Shown here one piece after another: positions 37,578-47,365 of a DNA stretch of 64,000 bases. The notes under the pieces are model-generated. The model worked only from the letters and a program-made list of their open reading frames with translations. It was not told the DNA's origin and made no database searches. This DNA comes from Treponemataceae bacterium (lineage in GTDB: Bacteria; Spirochaetota; Spirochaetia; Treponematales; Rectinemataceae), in the NCBI GenBank assembly GCA_963667725.2, contig CAXXHO010000003.1:576001-640000 (forward strand), read 5' to 3'. A program made the translations under genes and the position numbers. Each line of letters opens with the position of its first letter. Position 1 is the first letter of the stretch.

Positions 37578-38360
37578 ATGAAGAAGCTTTTATCGTGGAA
37601 CGTGAACGGAATACGCTCCTGCTCGGGCAAGGGTTTTCTCGATTGGCTCAAGGCTGAGGACGCCGATTTCGTCTGTCTTCAGGAGACCAAAGCCCATCCC
37701 GACCAGCTTACCCTCGAACTCCAGAACCCCCTCAGGGGAGACGGCAAACCATATGCCGTCTACTGGTCCAGCTCCAAACGCAGAGGCTATTCCGGCACCG
37801 CCATCTTCTCCAAGAGGGAAGCCAGTTCCGTCTCCACCCTGGGCATCCCCGAATTCGACGACGAAGGCCGCGCCGTCATCGCCGATTACGACGATTTCGT
37901 CCTCGTCTCCGCCTATTTTCCCAACAGCCAGGATGCGGGAGTCAGGATCGACTACAAGCTGCGCTTCTGCGACGCTATCCTCGCCTATTGCGATGGACTG
38001 CGGGCCAAGGGACGCCATGTCGTCGTCGCGGGCGACTACAACATAGCCCACAGGCCCATCGATCTCGCGAGGCCCGACCAGAACGTGGGCAATCCCGGCT
38101 ACTTGCCCGAAGAGCGGGCCTGGATGGACAAATACACGAGCGCCGGCTATATAGACACGTTCCGCCATCTCTGTCCCGAGCCCAGGCATTACAGTTGGTG
38201 GACCTATAGGGTTCCCCAGGCCAGGGTCAACAACGTGGGCTGGCGCCTGGACTACCACTGCATCGATCCGGAATTCCTCCCGGCGCTCGCGGGCGCCGGC
38301 ATCCAGTCGGAGGTCATGGGTTCGGATCACTGCCCCGTTTCGCTTGCCCTCGATATTTGA
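37578..38360 (+). CDS. xth: Exodeoxyribonuclease III
   Basis: SWNVNGIR, CLQETK, GYSG, GDYNIAH, WRLDY, GSDHCP. Confidence 0.95.
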   Translation: MKKLLSWNVNGIRSCSGKGFLDWLKAEDADFVCLQETKAHPDQLTLELQNPLRGDGKPYAVYWSSSKRRGYSGTAIFSKREASSVSTLGIPEFDDEGRAVIADYDDFVLVSAYFPNSQDAGVRIDYKLRFCDAILAYCDGLRAKGRHVVVAGDYNIAHRPIDLARPDQNVGNPGYLPEERAWMDKYTSAGYIDTFRHLCPEPRHYSWWTYRVPQARVNNVGWRLDYHCIDPEFLPALAGAGIQSEVMGSDHCPVSLALDI

Positions 38361-38417
38361 GGTCATCGCTTCCATCGCCACGATAACCGGATCGAAATTC
38401 CGGAGAGGAGGATCGCT

Positions 38418-38981
38418 ATGAGGATTCGCTACAACGCGCCAGTGACGCTCACCTTCACCTTTCTTTCGGCCATCGTCCTCATCCTTTCCATTACCATATT
38501 GCCCTCGCTTACGTCCAATTGGTTTTCCACGCCGGCCCCCTTCAGGACCAATGTTTTCACGGACTATCTGAAGCTTTTTACCTATATTTTCGGCCACGGT
38601 TCGGTTCAGCACTACATGGGCAATTTCACGATGATCCTCCTCCTGGGTCCCATTCTGGAGATGGCCTATGGATCGGGATTCATCCTCCTCAGCATCATAG
38701 TCGCGGCGGCGACCACGGGGCTCTTGAACGTGCTTATTTTCCCGAACACGGTGCTTCTGGGCGCCTCGGGCATCGTCTTCATGATGATCATCCTCGCCTC
38801 CATAACGAACTTCAACAAGGGCGAAATACCGCTCACCTTCATTCTCGTCATGATCGTCTACCTGGGCGGCCAGGTATGGGACGCTCTCGCGAAGCAGGAC
38901 AATATCTCGCAGTTCGCCCACATAGCGGGCGGGCTCGCGGGAAGTCTCATGGGCTTTTTCCGCGCGCGGCCGCGGTCCTGA
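38418..38981 (+). CDS. Rhomboid family intramembrane protease
   Basis: FGH...H..GN, GASG, AHIAGG. Confidence 0.88.
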   Translation: MRIRYNAPVTLTFTFLSAIVLILSITILPSLTSNWFSTPAPFRTNVFTDYLKLFTYIFGHGSVQHYMGNFTMILLLGPILEMAYGSGFILLSIIVAAATTGLLNVLIFPNTVLLGASGIVFMMIILASITNFNKGEIPLTFILVMIVYLGGQVWDALAKQDNISQFAHIAGGLAGSLMGFFRARPRS

Positions 38982-39049
38982 AAGGCGAATCCCTAGAAGG
39001 CGGGCCAGGAAGGCCGCGAAGCCGCGGTCCTGAAATTTGGGAGGAATCG

Positions 39050-40285
39050 ATGTACGGTTTGATCAAGGAAGAGCTTAGGCAGAAGCTTTCGGCCATCAGG
39101 ACGGAAGGTCTCTACAAGGATGAACGCGTCATAGCGACGCCTCAGGACGCGGCGATCAGGGTCGTAGGCGGCAAGGAAGTCCTCAATTTCTGCGCCAACA
39201 ACTATCTCGGCCTCGCGAACAACGCCGAAATCCGGGCGGCGGCCAAAGCGGCCATGGAGGAATGGGGTTACGGAATGGCTTCCGTCCGCTTCATCTGCGG
39301 CACCCAGAGTCCCCATAAGCTTCTTGAACGCAGGGTCGCGGAGTTCCTCGGCACCGAGGACGCCATTCTCTTCTCATCCTGCTTCGACTCCAATGGCGCC
39401 GTCTTCGAGCCTCTGCTGGACGAGAACTGCGCTATCATAACCGACAGCCTCAACCATGCCTCCATCATCGACGGCGTCAGGCTCTGCAAGGCCAAACGTT
39501 TTGTTTTCAAGCATGCCGACATGCGCGATATCGAAGAAACCGACCCCGACACCGGCAAGGTAGCCAAGGGTCTCGAGCACTGTCTGAAAGAGGCGTCCGA
39601 CGCGAGGATCCGCATGATCGCCACGGACGGCGTCTTCTCCATGGACGGCGACATAGCCGATCTCAAATCCATCTGCGCGCTCGCCGAGAAATATGACGCC
39701 CTCGTCATGGTGGACGATTCTCACGCTACCGGATTCACCGGGGCGACGGGGCGCGGCACCTGGGAACATTGCGGCGTGAAGGGAAGGGTGGACATCATCA
39801 CCACCACCTTCGGCAAGGCGCTGGGCGGGGCTTCCGGCGGCGTGATCGCCTCCAGGAAGGAAATTGTCGAGTACATGAGGCAGAAGGCCAGGCCCTATCT
39901 CTTCTCCAACACCGTGGCGCCCTCCATCGTGGGAGGCACGCTGAAGGCTCTCGAGCTTCTCAGCGCGTCAACCGCCCTGAGGGACAAGCTCGAGGCGAAT
40001 ACCAGGCGGTTCAGGGAGAAGATGACGGCGGCGGGCTTCGACATCAGGCCTGGCGTCCATCCTATTTGCCCTGTCATGCTTTACAACGAAAAACTGGCCC
40101 ACGACATGGCCGATGCCCTTCTCGAGGAAGGCATCTATGTCATCGGATTCTCTTTCCCCGTCGTGCCGAGGGGCAAGGCCCGCATCAGGGTGCAGATTTC
40201 CGCCGCCCATGAACCGGGGCAGATCGACTTCGCCGTGGAGGCGTTTACCAAGGTGGGAAGAGGGCTGGGCGTGATCAAGGCATGA
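39050..40285 (+). CDS. kbl: Glycine C-acetyltransferase (2-amino-3-ketobutyrate CoA ligase)
   Basis: [44 protein letters not shown] after GGAGGA. Confidence 0.95.
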   Translation: MYGLIKEELRQKLSAIRTEGLYKDERVIATPQDAAIRVVGGKEVLNFCANNYLGLANNAEIRAAAKAAMEEWGYGMASVRFICGTQSPHKLLERRVAEFLGTEDAILFSSCFDSNGAVFEPLLDENCAIITDSLNHASIIDGVRLCKAKRFVFKHADMRDIEETDPDTGKVAKGLEHCLKEASDARIRMIATDGVFSMDGDIADLKSICALAEKYDALVMVDDSHATGFTGATGRGTWEHCGVKGRVDIITTTFGKALGGASGGVIASRKEIVEYMRQKARPYLFSNTVAPSIVGGTLKALELLSASTALRDKLEANTRRFREKMTAAGFDIRPGVHPICPVMLYNEKLAHDMADALLEEGIYVIGFSFPVVPRGKARIRVQISAAHEPGQIDFAVEAFTKVGRGLGVIKA

Positions 40286-40384
40286 GGGAACTTTCCCGCG
40301 CCTACTTTACGTTCCGGAAGGTTTTCGCTATATTTTCTATTCGAACCAACATTTCATCATTTCGCAAGACCGAGGTTAATTCTA

Positions 40385-40645
40385 ATGCCTACGTATGAGT
40401 ATGAATGCCGAGAGTGCAAGCTTACTTTCGAAAAGTTCCAGTCCATGTCAGAGGATCCTGTCAAGGTCTGCCCCAAGTGCGGCGGAGCCGTCAGGCGTCT
40501 GATCGGCGGCGGAACCGGCGTCATCTTCAAGGGCAGTGGTTTCTATATCACCGACTCCAAGAAGGCGGGCAGCGCGTCCACGAAGAGCGCCGCCAAGAGC
40601 TGCGAGACCTGTCCGGCGAGCACTACCAAGAAGGAGAGCGCCTAG
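40385..40645 (+). CDS. FmdB family zinc-ribbon protein
   Basis: MPTYEYECxxC...CPKCG...FKGSGFY.TD. Confidence 0.9.
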   Translation: MPTYEYECRECKLTFEKFQSMSEDPVKVCPKCGGAVRRLIGGGTGVIFKGSGFYITDSKKAGSASTKSAAKSCETCPASTTKKESA

Positions 40646-40648
40646 AGC

Positions 40649-41539
40649 CTATACGCCTTTCTCCAGCTGGGTTTTGGCCTCTTCCAGGGGCATGTCGAGC
40701 AGTTCGGGATTGGCGATGAGTCTGTAGAAGACCGAGGCCGAGCGTGCGAAGTAGAGGCCGTCGGAAATCCTTTCGTCCACCGTTACCTTGAAATTTATGA
40801 AGTGGTGTTTCGTGCCGAAGGGGCCGTGGTGGCTGTCCTTCTGCGTGAGTTTGCCCATTACCACGAAGAAGCTGATGGTGCCCCATTCGTAGAGATGGTG
40901 GAAGGGCGCATCGAGTCCGATGCTACCCAGATTCGCGAAGAAGAGGGTGGCGTAGAAGGGGTCCACCTCGATGAGGCCTTTCGGGGCAAGATTGATGCGG
41001 TCGAGAATCCTGTAGAGGCCGATAAGCAGAGCCTTGGCGCCGGGAATGCTGTGGGCGAGCTTGGCTATCTTCTCGCCGTCCCCGCCTTCCCCAACCTCCC
41101 GCACATAGTTGATAGCCTTGTTAACCTTCAGCGTCACCTCGTCGAGATCGTCCTCGGGCTTGAAAACAACCTTGGCGCTTCCTTCCGGGGCTTCTTCCGT
41201 CATTTTCTGCTTCACGATGAAGGACATGGTTATGTCGTTGTGCTCGTAGAGGGCCTTGCCGTGTATGAAACGGTTTAGTTCAGGCCTGATCGCCACGGTC
41301 CGCACCATAGCAGCCAGGACGAGGGAAAACAATGAATATCGATCCTGGCCCGAATTCTCGCTCTGATTCTTCAGTCCCGAGTTTCTCGCCCTCACGAAGC
41401 GCAGGATATTCTCGACATCCACGTCCTTCTCATAGTACACGGCCGATTGATTGCGTCCGCGCATCATGTAGGGCATAAGCGCGTTGAGCGCATGGGCTTG
41501 TCGGACTTTTTTGCCGTCTGGTCTGTCGATGAAAAGCAT
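40649..41539 (-). CDS. Stand-alone 2-oxoacid dehydrogenase E2-like catalytic domain
   Basis: P.LNRF, NLGSIG, VDERISDG; no lipoyl domain. Confidence 0.75.
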   Translation of the reverse strand: MLFIDRPDGKKVRQAHALNALMPYMMRGRNQSAVYYEKDVDVENILRFVRARNSGLKNQSENSGQDRYSLFSLVLAAMVRTVAIRPELNRFIHGKALYEHNDITMSFIVKQKMTEEAPEGSAKVVFKPEDDLDEVTLKVNKAINYVREVGEGGDGEKIAKLAHSIPGAKALLIGLYRILDRINLAPKGLIEVDPFYATLFFANLGSIGLDAPFHHLYEWGTISFFVVMGKLTQKDSHHGPFGTKHHFINFKVTVDERISDGLYFARSASVFYRLIANPELLDMPLEEAKTQLEKGV

Positions 41540-41695
41540 GGAATGAACTATATAGCAGCGATACGCTTAGGTAAAGTATCGAAAGGCGCCGCGTCCCCGG
41601 GCTGGAAAATTTGGTTTTTTTCGCTCGCGCGGGGATTTTTTTCGGTTTTCCTGTGTTAAACTCAATATATCTCTTTTTTCAGGAGGCACCACGTT

Positions 41696-42754
41696 TTGGA
41701 TGATGCGCCGAAAAACGCTAGATCCTTAAGAGTATTGATTCTTTATTCCCGTTCTTCCAATCCCACAGTGGCCATGGCCGATGATCGGCGCTTCGGCCGG
41801 TTCGCCTCGATCCTTGCCGACGGCGGATTCACCGCCAGGCTGGCATCCCCCGACTCCATCGCTATGCTTGACGCCCTCATCGCCGAATTCGGCCCCGACC
41901 TTGTTTTCAGCGCTCCCGATCATTTGCCCGAGTCCTCCCCGATGCCCGCCGGCGTCACCTTCCCGGCGAACGCCAGGATAAACGTGCACGGATGGCTGGA
42001 GGGAAGGGGAATCCCCTATGTGGGCTCTCCTCCCGATATCATCGAGCTCGCTCTTTCCAAGACGGCGCTCAAGGAAAAGTGGGTAAAGAACGGGATTTCC
42101 ACGCCCGAGTTCCTTTCCTTGAATTCGGGTTCCGATCTTTCCGCCGTGGACAGATCCTCGATTCCCCCCTTTCCCTGCATCGTGAAGCCGTCGGACGCGG
42201 GCAATTCCCGCGGCATCACGAAGGATTCTGTCGTTTTCGACATGAAAGGCTTGGCCTCCCTCGTCGCCAGCCTGGGCAGGGATTTCAGGCATATCCTCAT
42301 TGAGCATTACCTGGGGCTCTACCCCGATTTCCGCGAAATCACCTGCGCCTGCATAGGCAACGGCGAGGAGAGGCTTCTCCTGCCCGTGGAAATTGTCTTT
42401 ATCAACCCCCCCGGCATTCATGTGGTCACGACAGAGGACAAGGACGGCAGCAGGACGGAAGCCCGGCCGATAGCTGACGGCTCCTTGCGCGAGGCGGCCC
42501 AAGCCTTCGCGGCCGCGGCTTTTTCTTCGGCGGGCGATATCAGGGATTATTCCCGCTGCGACATGATTTTCGCCGGCGGGAAATTCTGGGCCATCGAAAT
42601 AAACGGCCAGCCCATGATTCCCGACGCGTGGTTCGAAGCCTGCGCGCGGCAGGCTCATCTCTCGGAGAAGCAATATATCCTGGCTATCATCGAGGCTGCC
42701 CTCAGCCGTTCGATCCGGGCTTATCAGCCTTTGAGGAGGCGATACGATGTTTAA
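41696..42754 (+). CDS. ATP-grasp ligase (D-Ala-D-Ala ligase-like); start uncertain
   Basis: GIPYVGS, PCIVKP..AGNSRGI, LIEHYL..REIT, SRCD, IEINGQP. Confidence 0.8.
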   Translation: MDDAPKNARSLRVLILYSRSSNPTVAMADDRRFGRFASILADGGFTARLASPDSIAMLDALIAEFGPDLVFSAPDHLPESSPMPAGVTFPANARINVHGWLEGRGIPYVGSPPDIIELALSKTALKEKWVKNGISTPEFLSLNSGSDLSAVDRSSIPPFPCIVKPSDAGNSRGITKDSVVFDMKGLASLVASLGRDFRHILIEHYLGLYPDFREITCACIGNGEERLLLPVEIVFINPPGIHVVTTEDKDGSRTEARPIADGSLREAAQAFAAAAFSSAGDIRDYSRCDMIFAGGKFWAIEINGQPMIPDAWFEACARQAHLSEKQYILAIIEAALSRSIRAYQPLRRRYDV

Positions 42755-44636
42755 AATTTCCAGCCATGACGTTTTCGGCCTCATTCATCCTTCCATAGAC
42801 GTGCATACCCTCGGGATGCTTTCCTTCTCCCAGGTTCTGGAGGACTGCGGCATAGAATCCTGCATCGCCGACGCCGACGTAGGCGGCGATATCGAGTCCC
42901 TTTCCAGGCATGAGGGCGGCACCGTGCTTCGCGCCTGGCTTCGCAACAGGAGGATTTCGGTGCTCGGCTTCAGCTACAGGCTGGACCCTGCCGATGCCCT
43001 CCATCTTTTCGAAGTCCTGTATGAATTCCTCCACCGCGAGAAGATGCTTCTTTCGGACGGCGGTCCTGTCAGAGGGCTGTTTTTCGCCGGGCTTCCGGAG
43101 GCCTGCGAGGCGGTTCTCGCCAGGCACCACGATCTGACGGGCGTCTTCCGGGGCGATGAAGCGCCCCACGAGACCATGCGTATTCTCGGCATCGATGAGG
43201 ACATGATGCCTCAAACCCTCTCCGAAGGGCTTAAGTACGATGCCGCGAGGATGGCCTTCGGCGAGTCTCTCGTGAAGGAAGGCAGCTACAACGCGGTGAA
43301 GCCCGTCAACAGATCAGACTCTCCGGGATTCGGCTCATGGGGCGACAGGCTGACGGCGAGGATTGCCCACGGTACGGCACGAAAGCTTCCGCCCCTCATG
43401 CGCGTCCATGCCGGCCCCTACCTGCCCGACAGGAAGGAAGCGGTCAGGCTTTTTACCGAGTGGGTGAAGCGGCTGGCCTCGGGCGGCTATCTGGATATTC
43501 TCTCGATAGGCACTTCCCAGCTCAGCCAATCCAATTTCGGGGAAGACTGGGAAGGCAAGATCAATGGCGGCGGCGTTCCCATCGCCAGCGCCGCCGAGTT
43601 CGCGGCCGTATGGAAGGTGGCGCGCCCCATGCTGGTGCGTACCTACGCGGGCACCAAGGATGTGCCTGCCCTCGCCAGGATGTACGAGGAAACGATCGAT
43701 ATTGCCTGGCACGCGCTTTCCCTGTGGTGGTTCTGCAAGCTGGACGGAAGAGGCCCCAATTCGGTGCTCGATAACCTGGGCGAGCATTTTCAGGCCATGC
43801 GCTATATAGCCTCGACGGGCAAACCGCTCGAGATGAACGTGCCGCATCACTTCGCTTTCAGGGGCACCGACGACCTTGGCTATATCGTATCGGGCTATAT
43901 CGCGGCCAAGGCCGCCAAGCTTCAGGGCATACAGAATCTCGTGCTGCAGATAATGTTCAATACGCCTAAATACCTCTGGGGCATCCAGGACCTCGCCAAG
44001 GCCAGGGTTCTTCTCAGGCTGGTAAAGGGGCTCGAGGACGGGAATTTTAGGGTCTTCCTCCAGCCGCGGGGGGGCTTGGATTATTTCTCGCCCGAACCCG
44101 AGCGGGCCAAGGCCCAGCTGGCCGCGGTGACCGCCATGATGGACGACATCGAGCCTTACGACGAGACCAGCCCTCAGATCATCCATGTGGTGAGCTATTC
44201 TGAAGCCTATAAGCTGGCCGATCCGCCTGTCATCGAGGAGAGCATCAGGATAACGCGCCATGCGCTGCGGGAGTACCGGCGCCTCAGGCGCGAAGGCGGC
44301 GTGGACGACATGGCGTCGAGCGCCGAGGTGGCCGCGCGAGAGAAGATTCTCCTGGACGATGCCTTGCGGATGATACGGGCCGCGGAAAGGCTCATTCCCG
44401 ACACCTATTCTCCTTATGGGCTCTACACGATGCTTTCTTCAGGTTTCTTCGCCCTTCCGTGGCTGACTTCCTGCCGCGAGGAATTCCCGGCCGCGAATAT
44501 TGGAACCCGACTCTTGAACGGGGGAATGCATGCCGTCGACGTGGAAGGATCGCCTCTTTCCGTGGAAGCGAGGATCGAGATGGCGAGAACCCATCTGGCA
44601 AAAACCAGCGGCGGAGGAGATCGTTATGGCGCCTGA
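42747..44636 (+). CDS. Cobalamin-binding-domain protein with a mutase-like barrel
   Basis: DVHTLG (DxHxxG), GFSYRL, FFAG; C-terminal IIHVVSYSEA. Confidence 0.7.
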   Translation: MFKISSHDVFGLIHPSIDVHTLGMLSFSQVLEDCGIESCIADADVGGDIESLSRHEGGTVLRAWLRNRRISVLGFSYRLDPADALHLFEVLYEFLHREKMLLSDGGPVRGLFFAGLPEACEAVLARHHDLTGVFRGDEAPHETMRILGIDEDMMPQTLSEGLKYDAARMAFGESLVKEGSYNAVKPVNRSDSPGFGSWGDRLTARIAHGTARKLPPLMRVHAGPYLPDRKEAVRLFTEWVKRLASGGYLDILSIGTSQLSQSNFGEDWEGKINGGGVPIASAAEFAAVWKVARPMLVRTYAGTKDVPALARMYEETIDIAWHALSLWWFCKLDGRGPNSVLDNLGEHFQAMRYIASTGKPLEMNVPHHFAFRGTDDLGYIVSGYIAAKAAKLQGIQNLVLQIMFNTPKYLWGIQDLAKARVLLRLVKGLEDGNFRVFLQPRGGLDYFSPEPERAKAQLAAVTAMMDDIEPYDETSPQIIHVVSYSEAYKLADPPVIEESIRITRHALREYRRLRREGGVDDMASSAEVAAREKILLDDALRMIRAAERLIPDTYSPYGLYTMLSSGFFALPWLTSCREEFPAANIGTRLLNGGMHAVDVEGSPLSVEARIEMARTHLAKTSGGGDRYGA

Positions 44637-45777
44637 CAAAAGCTGGCAGCAAGTCTGCGATATCCTGAAGGATGTGAAGGCTAAGGGGAAAAAAGCCCTC
44701 TGGTGCGTGGTGGGCGCCGGCAACGGAGGAATTTCCATGGCCGGCCATCTGGGATTCATGGGCTTCCAGGTCCGTCTTTACAACAGGACGGACGAGCACC
44801 TCAACGCCGTGCGCTGGTATGGAGGCATAGAGCTCGAAGGCGCGGTGGAGGGATTCGGTCCAGTCAGTCTGGCCACCTCATCCATCCAGGCCGCGGTCGA
44901 GGGTGCCGACGTCGTAATGATCGTCACGCCTTCCACGGCCCATTATTCCCTGGCCGCTGCCATGGCTCCCTTCCTCCATGACGGGCAGGTTGTCGTCCTG
45001 AATCCCGGTAGGACGGGAGGGGCCCTGGAATTCCGCGCCGTGCTGAAGCAGTCGGAATCGCGTGCCAGGCCGATCATCGTGGAGGCGCAGACCTTCATCT
45101 ATGCATCGCGGGCCGTCAGCCGCCACAAAGGCCACATCTATAAGATCAAGAACGGCGTCCCCGCGAGCGCCCTGCCTTCGCACATGACGCCCGACGCTCT
45201 CGCCGTGCTGAATCAAGCCTTTCCCGAGTTCACCGCCGGATCCAACGTGCTGGCGACGAGTCTCGAGAATATAGGCGCTGTCTTCCATCCCGCCCTCACC
45301 CTGCTCAACGCGGGCTGGATAGAATCGACTGAGGGGAATTTCGAGTATTACATTCAGGGCATGTCGCCCGCGGTCGCGAAGGTTCTCGAGAAGATTGACG
45401 ACGAAAGGCTGGCGGTGGCGAGAGCCCTGGGCATACGCACCGTCTCGGCCAGGGAATGGCTTTACCTCACCTATGACTCGTCGGGCGACACCCTCTGCGC
45501 GGCGATAAAGGCCACCACGGGCTATTTCGGGATAAAGGCGCCGCCTACGATCAACCATCGCTATATATGGGAAGACGTGCCCATGAGCCTCGTGCCGATG
45601 TCATCCATAGGAGCGATGCTCGGGATACCGACACCCACCATAGACATGATCATCACGCTGGCCGAGCTGATGAACGGCAGCGACTACAGGGCCGTCGGAA
45701 GGACGGTCGAAACGCTGGGCATCAAGGGAATGAGCGTCGAGCAGATACACCGACTCGTCACCGAAGGCGACGAGTGA
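44626..45777 (+). CDS. NAD(P)-dependent opine (octopine/nopaline) dehydrogenase family protein
   Basis: VVGAGNGG, LNPGRTGGALEF, N.GAVFHP, HRYIWEDVP; GGAGGAG RBS. Confidence 0.88.
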   Translation: MAPDKSWQQVCDILKDVKAKGKKALWCVVGAGNGGISMAGHLGFMGFQVRLYNRTDEHLNAVRWYGGIELEGAVEGFGPVSLATSSIQAAVEGADVVMIVTPSTAHYSLAAAMAPFLHDGQVVVLNPGRTGGALEFRAVLKQSESRARPIIVEAQTFIYASRAVSRHKGHIYKIKNGVPASALPSHMTPDALAVLNQAFPEFTAGSNVLATSLENIGAVFHPALTLLNAGWIESTEGNFEYYIQGMSPAVAKVLEKIDDERLAVARALGIRTVSAREWLYLTYDSSGDTLCAAIKATTGYFGIKAPPTINHRYIWEDVPMSLVPMSSIGAMLGIPTPTIDMIITLAELMNGSDYRAVGRTVETLGIKGMSVEQIHRLVTEGDE

Positions 45778-45787
45778 GGAGGAGCCT

Positions 45788-46480
45788 ATGAATTTTACCG
45801 ATATTTCCAATTCCATCGCATCGTTTTTCAATACGCTGCCGCCCATAGCCGGCGCCTTTCTGACCTTTCTCTTGGGCTGGCTCGTCGCCCGATTCGCCCG
45901 CTTCTTCACGCCTAAACTGATGACGCTCCTGCGCTTCGACCGCTTCAGCGAAAAGACGGGGATCAACGGTTTCCTGAAAAAGGGGAATGTCCACTATACG
46001 CCGTCGAAGCTGCTGGGGATTCTCGTCTATTGGTTTTTGATGATCCTGACGCTTTCGAACACGGTGGCGAGACTCGACAAGGGGGCGGCTTCGTCCATAC
46101 AGGTATGGATCAGCTCTGCCCTGCCCATACTGATAGCCACGGGCATAATCGTGGTGATAGGCATGGTCGTCGTCACCTTCCTGTCGAATTTCTTCATCAC
46201 GATAGCCAAGAACGGCGCCGTCCACAATCCCGTCCTGATAGGCAAGGCGATCAAGTATATAGGATTCATCGTCGTGGCGACGATGGCCCTCGACCAGCTC
46301 GGCTTCGGTCAGACCATCGTGAGCACCATCTTCATACTCCTGTTCGCCGCGATAGCTCTCGGCCTGGCCCTTGCCTTCGGCCTTGGCTGCAAGGACATGG
46401 CGAGAAAACTGATGGAAGACTTCATAAGAAATATCCAGGAGAAGGAGAGGATCAAGCACGGCACGGATCTGGAAGGCTAG
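45788..46480 (+). CDS. Membrane protein with TM-helix repeats (mechanosensitive-channel-associated family)
   Basis: Two LP.I..A..I..IG..VA-type repeats; ALDQLG...LALAFGLG.KD.A. Confidence 0.75.
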   Translation: MNFTDISNSIASFFNTLPPIAGAFLTFLLGWLVARFARFFTPKLMTLLRFDRFSEKTGINGFLKKGNVHYTPSKLLGILVYWFLMILTLSNTVARLDKGAASSIQVWISSALPILIATGIIVVIGMVVVTFLSNFFITIAKNGAVHNPVLIGKAIKYIGFIVVATMALDQLGFGQTIVSTIFILLFAAIALGLALAFGLGCKDMARKLMEDFIRNIQEKERIKHGTDLEG

Positions 46481-47175
46481 GCTCTCGCTTCGGCGATGAG
46501 GGCCTTGGCCAGCAAGGTCATGGGATCGACGAGGGGGACCTTGAGAAGTTCCTGCGAGAGGACGAGGGGCACTTCGGTGCAGCCGGCCACGATGGCGTCG
46601 GCGCCTGCCCGCACGAGCTTTTCGGCCGCCTGGATGAGAAGGGAGCGCGGATAGTCTCCCCTGTTTCCCGCTTTTATGCCGTTTTTCCCGTAAATGGCTT
46701 CCATGACGAGATTGGTCTGGGCTTCGTCGTCGGGCCATAGGATCGAATACTCGGCAAGGGAAGTCTCATAGAGCCTGGCGGCCTTCGATCCCGCCGTAGC
46801 GAGGATTCCCAGCCTGCGCGCCTCGGGGTAACTGGCCCGCATCGCCGCGGCCGTGGTCTCGAGGGCCGAGATGAATCGGAGACCTGAGAGCTGCCTCAAT
46901 CGCGGAAGGAAGTTGTGCGCCGTCATGCAGGTTATGCCGACGATGTCGGCTCCGGCCGCCTCGAGCCTCCTGAGCGAAGCGAGCATGGCGGGGACGGGAT
47001 CGGGACCCTTGCCCAGTATGTTCGCCGTTCTGTCGGGGATGGAAGGATCGCATTCGATGATGATATGCGCGTGATCCTGATCCCTCTCGGCCTTGTCGAA
47101 AGAGAGCAGTTTTACGAAAAAGTCCGATGTGGCTTCGGGGCCCATGCCGCCGAGAATCCCGATGGTTTTCATCAT
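46477..47175 (-). CDS. Aspartate/glutamate racemase
   Basis: IGILGGMGPEAT, IPDRT, CMTAH, AGCTEVP (two catalytic Cys). Confidence 0.9.
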   Translation of the reverse strand: MMKTIGILGGMGPEATSDFFVKLLSFDKAERDQDHAHIIIECDPSIPDRTANILGKGPDPVPAMLASLRRLEAAGADIVGITCMTAHNFLPRLRQLSGLRFISALETTAAAMRASYPEARRLGILATAGSKAARLYETSLAEYSILWPDDEAQTNLVMEAIYGKNGIKAGNRGDYPRSLLIQAAEKLVRAGADAIVAGCTEVPLVLSQELLKVPLVDPMTLLAKALIAEARA

Positions 47176-47365
47176 TCCTTCCTTATTTTGCTCAATGAAA
47201 ATGATTTTCATGCCCGCGCGTTCCCGAAGTGTACAGCATTCGCTGGCTCATGGGCAATAAATAATATTTGCGTTATTCGGCTTTTCAGTTTACCATTCAC
47301 TTTGGCGTTCGTCCCCGTTTCGCCGTCGGGCGAGCGCCTGTTCTAAACAACCAAGGAGGATTTTC

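Noticed and set aside
37590..38921. Long antisense or alternate-frame ORFs (also 31589-32842, 47297-48406, 54757-55887, 41726-42784)
   Set aside because: Shadow ORFs of GC-rich genes, with no motifs and lying opposite well-supported CDSs.
38519..39049. 177-aa N-terminal extension of kbl
   Set aside because: It overlaps the rhomboid gene out of frame; a strong RBS precedes ATG 39050.
41696..45777. True pyrrolysine (pyl) system
   Set aside because: No radical-SAM PylB, no PylS or tRNA-Pyl, and no evident in-frame amber codons; the analogy is only in pathway logic.
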